Source: Camelus dromedarius (lineage: Eukaryota). From it: a stretch of 64,000 bases of DNA. Every line of letters begins with the position of its first letter. Position 1 is the stretch's first letter. Made by a program: the position numbers and the translations under genes. Location: NCBI RefSeq assembly GCF_036321535.1, contig NC_087437.1:52640001-52704000 (forward strand), given 5' to 3'. The notes beneath the pieces are model-generated. The model searched no databases. It saw only the letters and a list, made by a program, of their open reading frames with translations, and was not told where the DNA came from. Below are positions 12,929 to 24,722 of this stretch, one piece after another.

Positions 12929-13842
12929 CAACAGTAACAGGTGAAAGGATTAAACTATGATCAATTCTTTAATTGCTTCTAATCAAACTTTATATCAAGA
13001 GGTGAAAGAGTAAATAATTCAATAATAAAGAAATAAGAAAGTATAATTGCTTGGAATTCTGACTTTGATGAAATCAACCAATCAACACATACATTCAACC
13101 TCTTTCCACCATGTGCAACAACCCAGGGAATCACAGAAAACCAAGGGCATTCAGCCTGAAATGCATGCAGGAAAGAGGTTTTTACAAGTCAGTCACCAGT
13201 ACCTCTCCCAGTGCCTAAGACTGTGCCTCAGGTCCTTCCTGCCAGGGAAGAACATGCAGATAGGACAAGTGGTATAAATGATACATTTTCAATGTAAATC
13301 TCTGTATGGCACAAGCAGCCTCAGACTTCAGTAATGACTTATTGCTTATGTGCACCTGTCAAATTTGGCACTTTAGAGGAGAGAGATAACTCCTCATGCT
13401 CGATGGACATTTTAAGATTTAATAAGCACAAGCACTTTCATATAGAGTCTTATTTTATTCTCACTATAGCCTTGTGAGGAACTCAGGAAAAGTCGATTAT
13501 AATAACATTTTTACTGTCAGTGTTCCAATGATAAAAGAAATGTTGCTTTCAATGTTCCTGGGTAGTGGTTACACTTTAGACTCAGTCTTTAAACTTCATA
13601 CATGTGTTTTCTGTACTTTTGGGTATGATACATTCTGCAACAAAAAACAAAAGTGTAGGAAATTAGAAGGCTAAACTCTCCCATAATCCCATCAAAGGAA
13701 ACCATTAACAACGTGATGCTTTCCCTTCTTTGTTTTTATAAAATTGGAATCCTGCTTTATGCTTTTTCTTCAACCTACCATATTTTCATCCAGCATTAAA
13801 TATTCAATATGATATTTCTTAGCAAAGATAAATCCTGTTTAT

Positions 13843-13964
13843 GAACAGTACAATTAAAAAATATGTGCAGTATATTGTATATATGTGTTTACATGCAATA
13901 TATTGTATATATGCAGTCAAACTGTAACAATTCTACCTAATAAAACTGAAAAATGAAAAAAAAG
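13843..13964 (+). mobile_element. Short 5'-truncated copy of the HAL1-like 3' end
   Basis: Matches 7139-7267. AATAAA plus A tail. TSD agataaa(t/c)cctgtttat at 13826-13842 and 13965-13981. Confidence 0.85.
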
Positions 13965-16900
13965 AGATAAACCCTGTTTATTCAATCAATTCTCTATTGC
14001 TGGATATTCAGGTTGCACCCAAACTTACTGCAAGGCACTATCTTTCTTGCACAGAACAGGAACAGCTCATGGAGGCTGACAACCTTATGGCTGCTCTGTG
14101 CACAGCCCAGGAGACGCTCACCGGCCTTAGAGACTTGTGTCCTCCCCATACGCTGCTCTGTACTTCCTCTGATCACAGGGTTTGACTTGACAAATTAAAG
14201 GGGATAACAGTGAAAGACAATCTGTCCCTGACCCTTTCCCATGAACTCTCTCACTCTAAAATGGGGCACAGTCCACCAAGTTCAGGGTTAAGATCAGGAG
14301 GGAATGTGTCTCTGTGGTGCCTGGTCTGAGATGAAGAGTCCCTCGCTGTCCCTCTGAGGTGGACTGCCCATGCTCAAACAGTTCCTTGGGAGGCCAGGCA
14401 GGGAGAATAAACTCTTCAAAGTTACAAGGTTGCAGGGTTCGAGGTTAGTAGGGAGGTTCTATAAATATTGACTGAACAAAACTCTGCCTGTTAACTGGTG
14501 ACACAGAGCAAGGTGTGGTTTTCCTTCCTGCCCCCGGAGGCGGCTGGGAAAGCTGGTCTGACAAACTAGTGGGAAGCACTGCCCAGCCAAGATGGAACCA
14601 AGAGGCACAAGAATGCTTAAGATGATTCGGGAAATGAAATGAGTCCAACCGTCTTCAGCCCATCCTCTCCGTCAAGCCCCCACAACTCCCACCCCTAGTC
14701 ACTGAAGCCAGAAACCATAGAGGAGAAGACACTCATAAACAAAACACTGGCCACAAAAATGAGAGTCTGGAGGAGCTGACCAAACAAATAGCTCTGGTTG
14801 CAGCACACAGTTTAGCTGTTTCCCAACAGGTTGAAATATCACTGGCACCATTTAATACTGCAAATGCCACTGGGTGGCAATTAAAAAGCATGAGCTGTGG
14901 GAGGCTATACACAGGGAAAAGGCCCCAGCCTACCTCTGGTTTGGTGGGTGGTCTGAAAGTCCTCTTTCTGGCAAGGCCACGTCCATTCCTTTGCCCTCCT
15001 TACTAACTAAAGTAGCCAAGAACTTAGGTTTGGGAAGATGACCTTTCTCCAGGTAGAACCACAACTAAACCACACCAGACTTAAGACAATCTATCCTATC
15101 ATCTAAGGACCCCAGAGACAGAGATTCTAAAACCTACTGGAAAACAAAAATGTTTAGCTCCAGTTTACTAGGAAATCCATCTCCCAACCCCACTCAATTC
15201 TAATCTAATCTCGGATTCTTTAAAAAAAAAAAAAGCCCATTTTTCATATAACTTAAAATGTAGTCTATGTGGCATGACAAATTTTGTTTGGGGCCATCCT
15301 GAGTCAGTGGGGGACATTCAAAGGGAGAGGAAGGCAACTTCCAGAGCTGCTGAAGCTGAGGTATACCTGACTACTCACAGCAACTGTGGACTTAAAATCT
15401 GCTGGTTCCAAACATCAGTGATCTCAAACGTAGGTGCTCCCAAATGGCACGACTCTGCCGTGGAGCTGCTTCTCACACGAGTAATTCCTTGTCTTTCCAG
15501 GAGCAGCAGAGGCTGACCTATGTAATGACGATTCATTATTTCCTTGAGCAGCACTGGGGAGTCCAGCTAGATAGAGTACCGTAATTCAGAAGGATTAGCC
15601 TTTCTAGCACTGGAACCTGAGCTCATGCTGAACGTCTCTCCTTTCTAGATAAAAAAAAAAAACAAAAAACAAAGCTAGCTCTCACAAACATGTGTGAGGT
15701 ATAATTTGACTTATAAGCTTTGTGGGCCTCTATGAGGAAGATTGTTTATGGGTGTGAAGCAGAAGTAGAGATAAAGCCAGCAAGATGCATACAACATATA
15801 TGTAAGCAAGACATCTATTTATTAATAACTTTTATTTAGATTTTCACTTAAATGATAGATTCTCAAGCTATGGATTCCTGTAGAAATTATCTGAAATAAT
15901 TTATGGGAGAAGAGAAAATGTTTGGAAGCAGGACCAGAAAAAGATCTCTTTGATGCTTTAAGTTGAAAAGTTAGTTCTATAAAGATCTATAAAGATCTAG
16001 GTATCCAGTATCCAAATGTGGCCATGCTAAATTTGAGTGTGGGCTCTTTTTCATTCCTGGCCTGACTTCTTTTGGAACTGTAATTGGGCAAAAAGCAAAA
16101 TCAAAAACAAACAAAAGCAAAAACCAGGTAAAACACAGAAATAAGTCAGAGATCTAGAAAACTCCACAATTAATAATTTGCAAATTGCTAGGAGTTAAGG
16201 ATAATTATCCAGCTATGTATCAATGGGATTACTATGTTTTAACTTTCTAAGATTCTCATGCTTCCAAAATTAATTATCTGCTTACTTGTAGCTTCTAACT
16301 TACAATTTATAAATAGGTACCCTTTTACTGCTTTGAAGACATTTAGATTTTAAGATTCTCAAATATTCAGAAGCTCTGAAAGCTAGCAATACTGTGACAT
16401 CACTTCTTCTCACTCTCCTTCTGTTCTGGTATAGTTACCACCCCTGGGCTTGGAGATCTTTGGTACGTTATGGTTGTACTCTGTTCTTTCAGATTAAAAA
16501 AAAAAAAAAAAGAATCTATGGACCACTTTATCTCTTTAATATGTCGGGAGTGTCCCAAATGTAATCATAAAAGTTTCCTTCCTATCACTGTTTTAGGGAG
16601 TCCTACTCAGTCTGCTCTCAGCAGCAGCAAAAAAGGCAGAGGAAAAGAATAATGGGTTGGCATAATAATGGGTTTGTTAGATATATACTGCCTGCCTGTC
16701 TCAGTGTGTCAGTAAACTAGAACTTCTCTGCTTTAACACCAGAAGCAGCAACTGGCAAACAGAAAAATATACCACAAAGGAGTTCCGGTCAAGATGGTGG
16801 ATGGTAGGACCACGAGCTTGCCTCTTCTTGCGACTACAACAAAACCACAACTGAATGCTAAACAACCATTGAAAAAAGACTGGAACCTAGCAAAAAAGAT

Positions 16901-17712
16901 CTTCTGCAACTGGAAACAAAGAAGGAGCCACACCAGGAAGGTAGGAGGGGCGTGCTCATGATATAGTTGGGCCCCATACCCCCTGGGTGGGCAACCCACT
17001 AGCTGAAGATTCGTTCAGTCACAGACACCCTCCCACAGGAGTGAGAGCTCTAAGCCCCACGTCAGGCTTCCCAGCTCGGGTCCCAGCATTGGGAAGAGAA
17101 GGAGACATCAGGACATCTGGTTTTGAAGGCCAGAAGGGCTTGGCTCTGGGAGCCTCATGGGACTGAGGGAAACGGAGACTCCATTTGCTTGAGACGCGTA
17201 CACGGAAACTCACATGCGCCAGGTCCAAGGATAGAGGCAGTGATTTCATAGATACCTTGGCCAGACCTGCCTGCTGGATTTGGAGGGTCTCCTAGGGACA
17301 TGGGGGATGGCTGCAGGTCACTCAGGGGACATAAAAGCTGGTGGCAGACATTCCGGGAGTGTTACATGAGCTTTCCTGGAGGCTGACATCTTGATTGGAT
17401 CATCAGCACCAAGACCTAGCCCCACCCAACAGCCTATAGAGAAGCCTCAGGCCAAACAACATACAGGTGGGAACACAGCCCCACCCATGAGCAGACCTCC
17501 TGAGCCACAAAGGCCTCTAGACATAGCCCTACCCACCAGAGGTCCAGAACCAAGCTTCTCCCAGCAGTGGGCAGGCACCGGCTCCTCCTGCCAGGAAACC
17601 TGCATAAGCCTCTAGTCCAGCCTCATCCACTAGGGGCAGACACTAGAAATAAGAAAACAATAATCCCAAAGCCTGTGGAAGGAATCCACAAACACACAGA
17701 AAGATACATTAT

Positions 17713-18583
17713 ATGAGGTGGCAAAGGATTATCTCCCAGGCCAAGGCACAAGATAAAATCCCAGAAGTAGAAATAAGTGATGAAAGAGTTTAAAGTAATG
17801 ATGGCCAAGATGTTTAGAGAACTCAAGGGGAGTATAGATGCACAGAGTGAAGTTTTTAGCAAAGAGCTGGAAAATATAAAGATAGCCAAACTGAGTTAAA
17901 GAATAAAATCACTGAAATGATCAATGCACTAGAAAGAACCAAGAACAGGCTAAATGAGGCAGAAGAACGGATCAGTGAGCTAGAAGACAGATTAGTGGAA
18001 ATCACTACTTCAGAACAGAAAAAAGAAAAAAGAATAAAAAGGAATGAGGATAGTTTAAGAGAACTCTGGGACAATATGAAGCACTCTAATATTCACATTG
18101 TAAAGGGTCACAGAAAGAGAAGAGAAAGAAAAAGGACCTGAGAAAATTTTTGGAGAGATAATAACCAAAAACTTCCCCAACTTGGGAAAGGAAACAGTCA
18201 CCCAGGTCCTGGAAGTGCAGAGAGTACCACACACAATCAACCAAAAAAGGAACACACCAAGGCACATCATTAACAAATTGACAACAATTAAGGATAAGAA
18301 GAAAATATTAAAATCAGCAAGAGAAAAGCATCGAATAACATAGAAGGGAACTCCCATAAGGTTATCAGCTGATTTTTCAGCAGAAACTCTACAGGCCAGA
18401 AGGGAGCGGCACAATATATTTAAAGTGATGCAAGGGGGAAACTTACAACCAAGAATACTCTATCCAGCAAGGCTCTCGTTTAGACTTGATGGAGAAATCA
18501 AAAGCTTCACAGATAAACAAAAGCTAAAAGATTTCAGCACCACCAAACCAGCTTTACAACAAATGTTAAAGGACCTTCTCTAG
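17713..18583 (+). pseudogene. Disrupted L1 ORF1p
   Basis: Coiled-coil segment 'NRLNEAEERISELEDRLVEI...KRIKRNEDSLRELWDN' and C-terminus 'TKPALQQMLKDLL*'. Contains frameshifts and stops. Confidence 0.9.
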
Positions 18584-18650
18584 TCATCAAACCATAAGAA
18601 AAGAGAACAAAAAGAACGAGGGGAAAAAAAAAAAAGAGAGACCTACAAAA

Positions 18651-18922
18651 GATTGCTTTGGCTGTCCGGGGTCTTTTGCGGTTCCTTATAAATTTTGGAA
18701 TTGTTTGTTCTAGTTCTGTGAGGAATGTCGTGAGTATTTTGACAGAGGTTGCGCTGGATCTGTGGATTGCTTTGAGTAGTGTGGCCATTTTGATAATGTT
18801 GATTCTTCCAATCCAAGAGCACAAGAAATCTTTCCATTTCTTTGTGTCATTTCGGTTTTCAGAGTATAGGCAACCTCCTTGGTTAGGTTTATTTCTAGGT
18901 ATTTTGTTGTTTTTGATGTAAT
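18651..18922 (-). pseudogene. Inverted L1 ORF2 fragment inside the composite element
   Basis: Minus-strand 'NDTKKWKDFLCSWIGRINIIKMATLLKAIHR...TELEQTIPKFIRNRKRPRTAKAI'. Confidence 0.85.
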
Positions 18923-18986
18923 GGAGACGTCTCTGCCAGTTATAAAATTCTGGTTTTTGAAGTGAAAAAAAAAAGTGATGAAGGGC

Positions 18987-19195
18987 CGCAAATGGCAAAA
19001 TAGCCTTCTTTTTTATGGGTGAGTTGTATGCCATTACATACATATATGTGTGTGTGTATATATATACACACACACATATATGCTGCATCTCCGTTATCTA
19101 TTCAACTACTGATGTGCACTTAGGATGCTTCCATATCTTGGCAATTATAAATAATGCTGCTGTTAATAGCAGGGTGTATGTATCTTTTTGAGTTA
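18987..19195 (-). pseudogene. Second inverted L1 ORF2 C-terminal fragment
   Basis: gcaaatggcaaaatagccttcttttttatgg...cacttaggatgcttccatatcttggcaattataaataatgctgc is antisense to the ORF2 C-terminus. Confidence 0.75.
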
Positions 19196-19330
19196 ATTCT
19201 TATTTTGTGGTTAGCTTTATTCCTTTGATAACTACATAAGTTTAAAAAGCTAAAGCTCTAAACGTTCTTAGAAACAATGAACAGTACATATATGTAAATT
19301 TAAAAATATATGTGCAGTAAAAAAAAAAAA

Positions 19331-19845
19331 GATCTATCAAGCCATGAAAGACATTGAAGAAACTTAAAAGACATATTACTAAATTAGAGAAGTCAGTCTG
19401 AAAAAGGTTACAAACTGTATGATTCCAACCAAATGACGTTCTGGAAAAGGCAATGCTACAGAAACAATAAAAAGATTGTGGTTTCCAGGGGTCTGGGGAG
19501 AGGGAGGGACGGAGGAATGAATAGATGGAGCACAAGGGATTTTTAGAGCAACGTAATTATTCTGTACTATAGTGATGGCTACATGTCATTATGCATTTGT
19601 CAAAACCCATAGAATGTACAACATCAAGAGTGAACCCTAATGTAAACTATGGACTTCGGTTGATAATAATGTGTCCATGTTGGTTCACTGATTGTACCAA
19701 ATATGCCACAGCGATGAGGGATGTTGAGGGTAGGGGAGTATGTATGTGTGGCTGGGGAGGGCTATGTGCAAATTCTGTATTTTCCGCTCAATTCTGTTGT
19801 GAACCTGCACCTGCTGTAAAATAATAAAGTCTATTAAAAATTTAA
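19331..19845 (+). mobile_element. Older L1 (L1MC-like) 3'UTR carried inside the composite element
   Basis: aagccatgaaagac...tgattccaac...ttctggaaaaggcaa...catttgtcaaaacccatagaatgtacaacatcaagagtgaaccctaatgtaaactatggact. Confidence 0.75.
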
Positions 19846-21231
19846 AAATAAATAAATAAATAAAATGTTAAAAGGGAAAGAACAATTAAAAAAAAAAAAG
19901 AAAAATATACCACAAAACTTGCTGCCGTTACTACTGTGGGAAGTCAAACAGCAACCTCGTCAAATATCAGTTTTCTTTCCCCCAATAATAGGCTATATAG
20001 AAGCTCTCTTTCAACCTATAGAATTCTTTTTTTAAAAAAATCTCCCAACCAGCAAATTCTAGATGAGCAGCAGGAACTGGTAAGGCATAATATGTAACAA
20101 TCATTAGAGGCTGGACTCCCTGAACTCGTGATTTAGGCAGTACCAACTGTCACCCCCACCTCAACCTCCCCACACAGCCTGCACTGTGGCAAGTTCCAGA
20201 AGGGCTGGCTGTCCCCACACTCATCAAAAATCAGCCCAGAAAGTTCTATTTGGTGAAACCTGTCTCCCAAGTTCTTGACACAAAGAACTCCAATGTCACT
20301 GATAACCTCAAAAATTCCGTAAGGTTCTCTAACCTCTCTAACCATTAAAATTATTTTAAAATATGTGTAATAATTCAAGGATGTCTCCCTTTCCCTAACT
20401 GACTGCTTGAGAATGGTATTTAATGTAAACACATACATGCCAAGGCTGTTTGTAAAGGATAATTACCTATTAGTTTATTTATTAGATTCCTGGCCTTAAA
20501 AATGTCAGGAAGGAAAAAAAACAAAACAAAACACAACACGAAATTGGAGTCATTACTTGAAGATTCAACTCACTTAGAGAAATTAAGACACATAACCAAT
20601 TACTGATTAGAAACTGATGATAATAATGTATGCTGGAGTATAGTTCAAACAAGCTATCATGGTTGACACAAGAAGTGTAAACAGCTAATGAACGGGGATG
20701 GTTGCTCTTCTGAATGGAGACTGGCCTCTGTTCTTCACAGACTCTCTGACTATCCTCAAATCTCTATGGGTTACTCCTATGCCACTTCCTACCAGGGGCA
20801 TATTGAAAAGCTCTGAAAACTAATAATTCTCTGAATGCACGTTTATCTTTTAGGAACAGCACTTCTTCCTCTGGGTAGTTTTGAGAAATAACTTCAACTT
20901 CTTTTATGAACCAACGTGAAGTAAAACAAAACAAAACAGGACTTACAACTGGACTTGGAATTAGCCAGGATATGATCTCTTATTGAAAGGCAAAGGCACT
21001 ATTACAATTAGCAAAGTTGTAGTGTGTTAAAAGGGTCCCTGACGTCAAGCCAAGAACATGAATTAGCTTGACTCAGAGAGAAGCCTTTTCCTGAGATAAA
21101 TCAGGCAAGTACACATTTTTAACAAAAATTAAAAGTACACCAAAACCACAATGGCATCTTGGCTTTTATCCCTCTTGCTGGTTTAATAGGTGTCTCTAAA
21201 CTTTTCAGAAGTGGAGACTGTATCCGAGCTC

Positions 21232-21382
21232 AGTTCCTGCATCAGAATCCCCAGGAGGACTTGTTAACACAGCACCCACCTCCAGAGTTTCTGACACAAT
21301 AGACCTGAGGTGTGCCTCAGAATTTGCATTCCCAACAAAATTCCCGTCTGATGGTAAGAAGGCCACACTTTGAGAAGCACCG
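21232..21382. mobile_element. MER5A-like hAT MITE
   Basis: gcatcagaatcccc...agaatttgcattcccaacaa...ccacactttgagaagcac. Confidence 0.7.
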
Positions 21383-21639
21383 TCCTGGCTTACACATTAC
21401 ATGGAGTGCACAAAAATGAGAGGATGCTTATTCTCTGTGGGGAAGGGAACGTCCCCTCAACTGCACTGGTGAGCTGCAATTGTGAAAGGATCCTTTGAAA
21501 TGCCCACATTTTGCCTTTGACATTGAGAGTTTATTATCTTTTGATCTTTAATCTATGTATTATAAATCTCTCTGGACTTTGAGACCTTCCAAAGCAAAAG
21601 ACAACAACTCCTTCAGCCTGAGAACCATCTCACCTGCAT

Positions 21640-21895
21640 CCCATTTGCGAGAGGTATAAGTTCCAGGGTAAAATAGCCTGGGTTCAAATCTTGGCTCTTC
21701 CACTTACTAAAGTGTGAGCCCTTGGGCAAGTTAATCTCTGAGCCACTGCTTCCTGTTGCCATAAAATGGGAATCATAATAACAGTATCTACAACTCACAG
21801 TGTGGCTAGAAGAATTAGATGAAATAATAATGTATCTAAAGCTCTTAGCCCAATGTCTAACTCCGAGAAAGCTTAGTAAATGTCACTTAGTAAAT
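21640..21895 (+). mobile_element. MIR (near full length)
   Basis: gcctgggttcaaatcttggctcttccacttactaaagtgtgagcccttgggcaagttaatctctgagcc...taaaatgggaatcataataacagtatct. Confidence 0.85.
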
Positions 21896-22369
21896 GTCAA
21901 TGCTGTCATGCCTAGTTTTTACCGAGGATGTCTAGAATTCTCTACTCAGATCCCGTGTAATCCAGGAACTCTTCCTGTACTGACAACTCCTCCCTACCCA
22001 GACTTTTCCACAAGAGGCCGAGGTAGGAGAAAAAGCTTTCTCCCAAGAAAACATTCACTGTCCTCTTGGATTTCTTGGTCCTCCTGCCAAACCTATATCT
22101 CTGCTCTAGTCCAGACCCTCCATAAATGCCAGTGTATGACGTCTAACTGGTGTACTTTCACCTAAAGTCCTCCGGGCACCCTAAATTCTTTCATCACTCT
22201 CCAAAAAACCATTTTCTTGAATAAAGGGAGGAAAGGTGTTGGCCATCATTAATTTAGCCAACCAAAGAGAAGCAAACCATCACAGTACCTCAACACACGC
22301 ATGCGTTTCCTTTAAAAAATATGTAATTCAGTGCACATTCTCTTCTTAAAAGTTTGTTTCTTTTTAAAA

Positions 22370-22670
22370 AATCTTTTTATTATAAAAGTAATAGTTTTTA
22401 TTTTTCATTTTATTATTAAAGTAATAAATATAGAAAGTAGAAAATTAAGATGACTAGTGAGTGATTCACAAGATAACCACTGTTAATAATTTGATTTATG
22501 TTTTTACAGTTGTGTAAGTAATTATGAAAATGGAATCATACTATAATTATTCCACAATCTTTTTCACTTAGTATATTGTACAAGTTGTATAAGTCTCTAA
22601 ATATCCTTCTTCAACATTAATTTTAATGGCTGCAAAGGGCTTCATGGCATGTTTGGGCAATAACTTACTT
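22370..22670 (-). mobile_element. Old L1ME-like 3' fragment
   Basis: AT-rich, with agataaccactgttaataattt and aaaatggaatcatacta...ttttcacttagtatattg motifs. Confidence 0.5.
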
Positions 22671-23534
22671 CACCCCTTGGAGCCTTTTCTCTCTCATTCA
22701 TGCTGTGTATGCTGAGGATCCAGAAGAATATGTGCATTTACAGCTGCTGCTCTCCATCACTGGGCCATGTGCAAGGACAGAGATGTTGGATTGATAAAGC
22801 TAAAGGAATTATTACCCAATAAACTTGCAGACTGACTTTCTTAAAGAAAAACATTTAAATTAATTTTAAAATACTATTGACTTTTGCACCTTCTAATATG
22901 GAGAGCAGGTGGTCCACAAATTCCTTCCCTTTTGTACTCCAGTGTAGCTGAAACATTTTCCCCCACTTTTATTTTAATGAGAAATTTAACTTTGTCAATG
23001 AAATGAAATTCAACCAGAACATACTTTATATACAGTCCCCAAAGTCTAAAGACAGTAGGAGCACTTAAAACTTTTTTTTAATAAAAAAGAGGGAAAATTA
23101 AGATTTATATAAGCTATTTACTATGCTTCGATTCTGTATTTACTACAGAGAGAAGGCAGGGGGCTAAGAGTGGTGGGGGTGATGAATCTAAGTATTACAC
23201 TGTACATTTTAATTAGTCAATACTGTTAAAAAATCAAAGACGCTGTGTGAGGAGAAATCTAACTCCTGTTTACACTGTACTCTCAAAGGGGTCCTATAAA
23301 AGTGATGACAGTGCGTTTAAGGATCACCGAACTGTCAGCTCAGGAAGCACCTACAGTTGTGGCCTCCACAGATATCCAGCACTGGTACCACTCCTGCACA
23401 GATGCACTCTGCTGCCCCCCTACCCAGCCCCTCCAAGTCTGAGCCCCTGCTTCTCATTTCTCACTAATTCCTTCAACGCATATGTCCTCCTTTCCATTTG
23501 GGGAGGACCAACATTACTAGAAAAGATGAAGAAA

Positions 23535-23538
<4 letters not shown>

Positions 23539-23584
<46 letters not shown>
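23539..23584. repeat. (TA)23 microsatellite
   Basis: Perfect TA run. Confidence 0.95.
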
Positions 23585-23588
<4 letters not shown>

Positions 23589-23809
23589 TATATATGATTA
23601 TATATATAAAATCTAGAAAGAATCAACTCATATATTCCTTGTGAAAATTAAATTATTTATCACTTCCCATAACAAGCTATCTCCTGGCAGGGTTGAGGGT
23701 CTGCCACGGTGTCATATGCAGATAAGGCAATTGCCCAGAAAGACAGCAGGGCACAGCCATCTTCTCCCATTGCTAAGCAGACATTTCTTCTTGATGTCCC
23801 AGTGCCTCA

Positions 23810-24440
23810 AATTTAAAACTTTATCTCCTCAAACCCTCCTCCCTCTTCAGGCTGCCATATTACACTTAGTGAAAAAGCATCACCCTTCTCCCAAGACCCA
23901 CAGTTCAGGATCACTGGGCCATCACTGGTGATTCCTCTTCCTTACCATCACTAGACTTGCACATCTAGTCACTAACTCACCAAGCTCTGTTTCTTCTCTC
24001 TTCACAACCTCTTCCATCTGCCTCCTCCTTTCAGCTTCCTCAGCTAATACACTAGTTCAGGTCCTTGTTACTCAAACACCTAAATGCATCTGTAGACTCT
24101 TAACTGGCCTCCCACCCATCAGTCCACCCCACCCACGGCCACCTGTTTTGAGTATATGTCTCTGCCAACCAGAAACTCAGGTAGCTACAGAATAAAATCT
24201 CAGTGTCTTTGCCCAGCACTCAGGATACTCCGTGATTCCCGTATCTCTGCCCTAGCAAACTGGTTTATTCTATTCCTGGGACATGTTTATACATGCACTG
24301 CTATATTTCCAAACTACACTTGACACCTTTCCCTGCATTTAGGATGTCCTTCCCACTTTTCCACTCTTCTCTCCTTTGTATTTTACTCATACTTGAGTGT
24401 CCAGCTCCAATTCAACTTCTTCTAAGAAACCATCCAAAGC
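23810..24440 (+). mobile_element. L2 remnant
   Basis: Pyrimidine-rich L2 ORF2/3' signature (ctagttcaggtccttgttactc...cttaactggcctccc...ctacagaataaaatct). Confidence 0.55.
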
Positions 24441-24464
24441 TACTAATCTCTGTCCTCTTCAGTC

Positions 24465-24722
24465 CCATTCATTCAAAAAATATTTATCAAGTTCTAATGA
24501 TGTGCCAGGCACTAAGCTAGCTGCTGAGATGGAAAAAGAAAAAAACACAGAGACATGGTTCCTATTTTTACATTTTTGTCTCTCCATGAGTCGTATCTGC
24601 ACGAAGTAGATGTAAACCTTTGAGAGGCTGTATCTCACACGTCTTTATTTTTTTTAATCCTTTAGCACTCCTAGCATAGTGTCAGGCATGTCACAAATGC
24701 TCAGTAAATGTTTGCTGACTGA
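24465..24722. mobile_element. Two oppositely oriented L2 3' ends
   Basis: cattcattcaaaaaatatttatcaag...gtgccaggcac (minus) and cctagcatagtgtcaggcatg...tgctcagtaaatgtttgctgact (plus). Confidence 0.65.

Larger units (their letters stand above)
16779..19898 (+). mobile_element. Full-length ORF1-only L1-derived (HAL1-like) composite retroelement
   Basis: Starts ggagttccggtcaagatggtgg, an L1-type 5' end with a decayed YY1 site. Then a GC-rich 5'UTR, ORF1, no sense ORF2 and a poly(A) tail. Perfect 18-bp TSD agaaaaatataccacaaa at 16761-16778 and 19899-19916. Confidence 0.85.

Noticed and set aside
13997..14198. Overlapping ORFs with a helical-looking peptide (EQEQLMEADNLMAAL...)
   Set aside because: No recognisable homology and no convincing acceptor/donor pair.
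17625..17640. CTCF-like ccactaggggcag
   Set aside because: One G short of the core, and lies within the L1 5'UTR.
18534..19088. Longest ORF (184 aa, minus strand)
   Set aside because: A patchwork of microsatellite, inverted L1 ORF2 fragments and antisense ORF1, not a gene.
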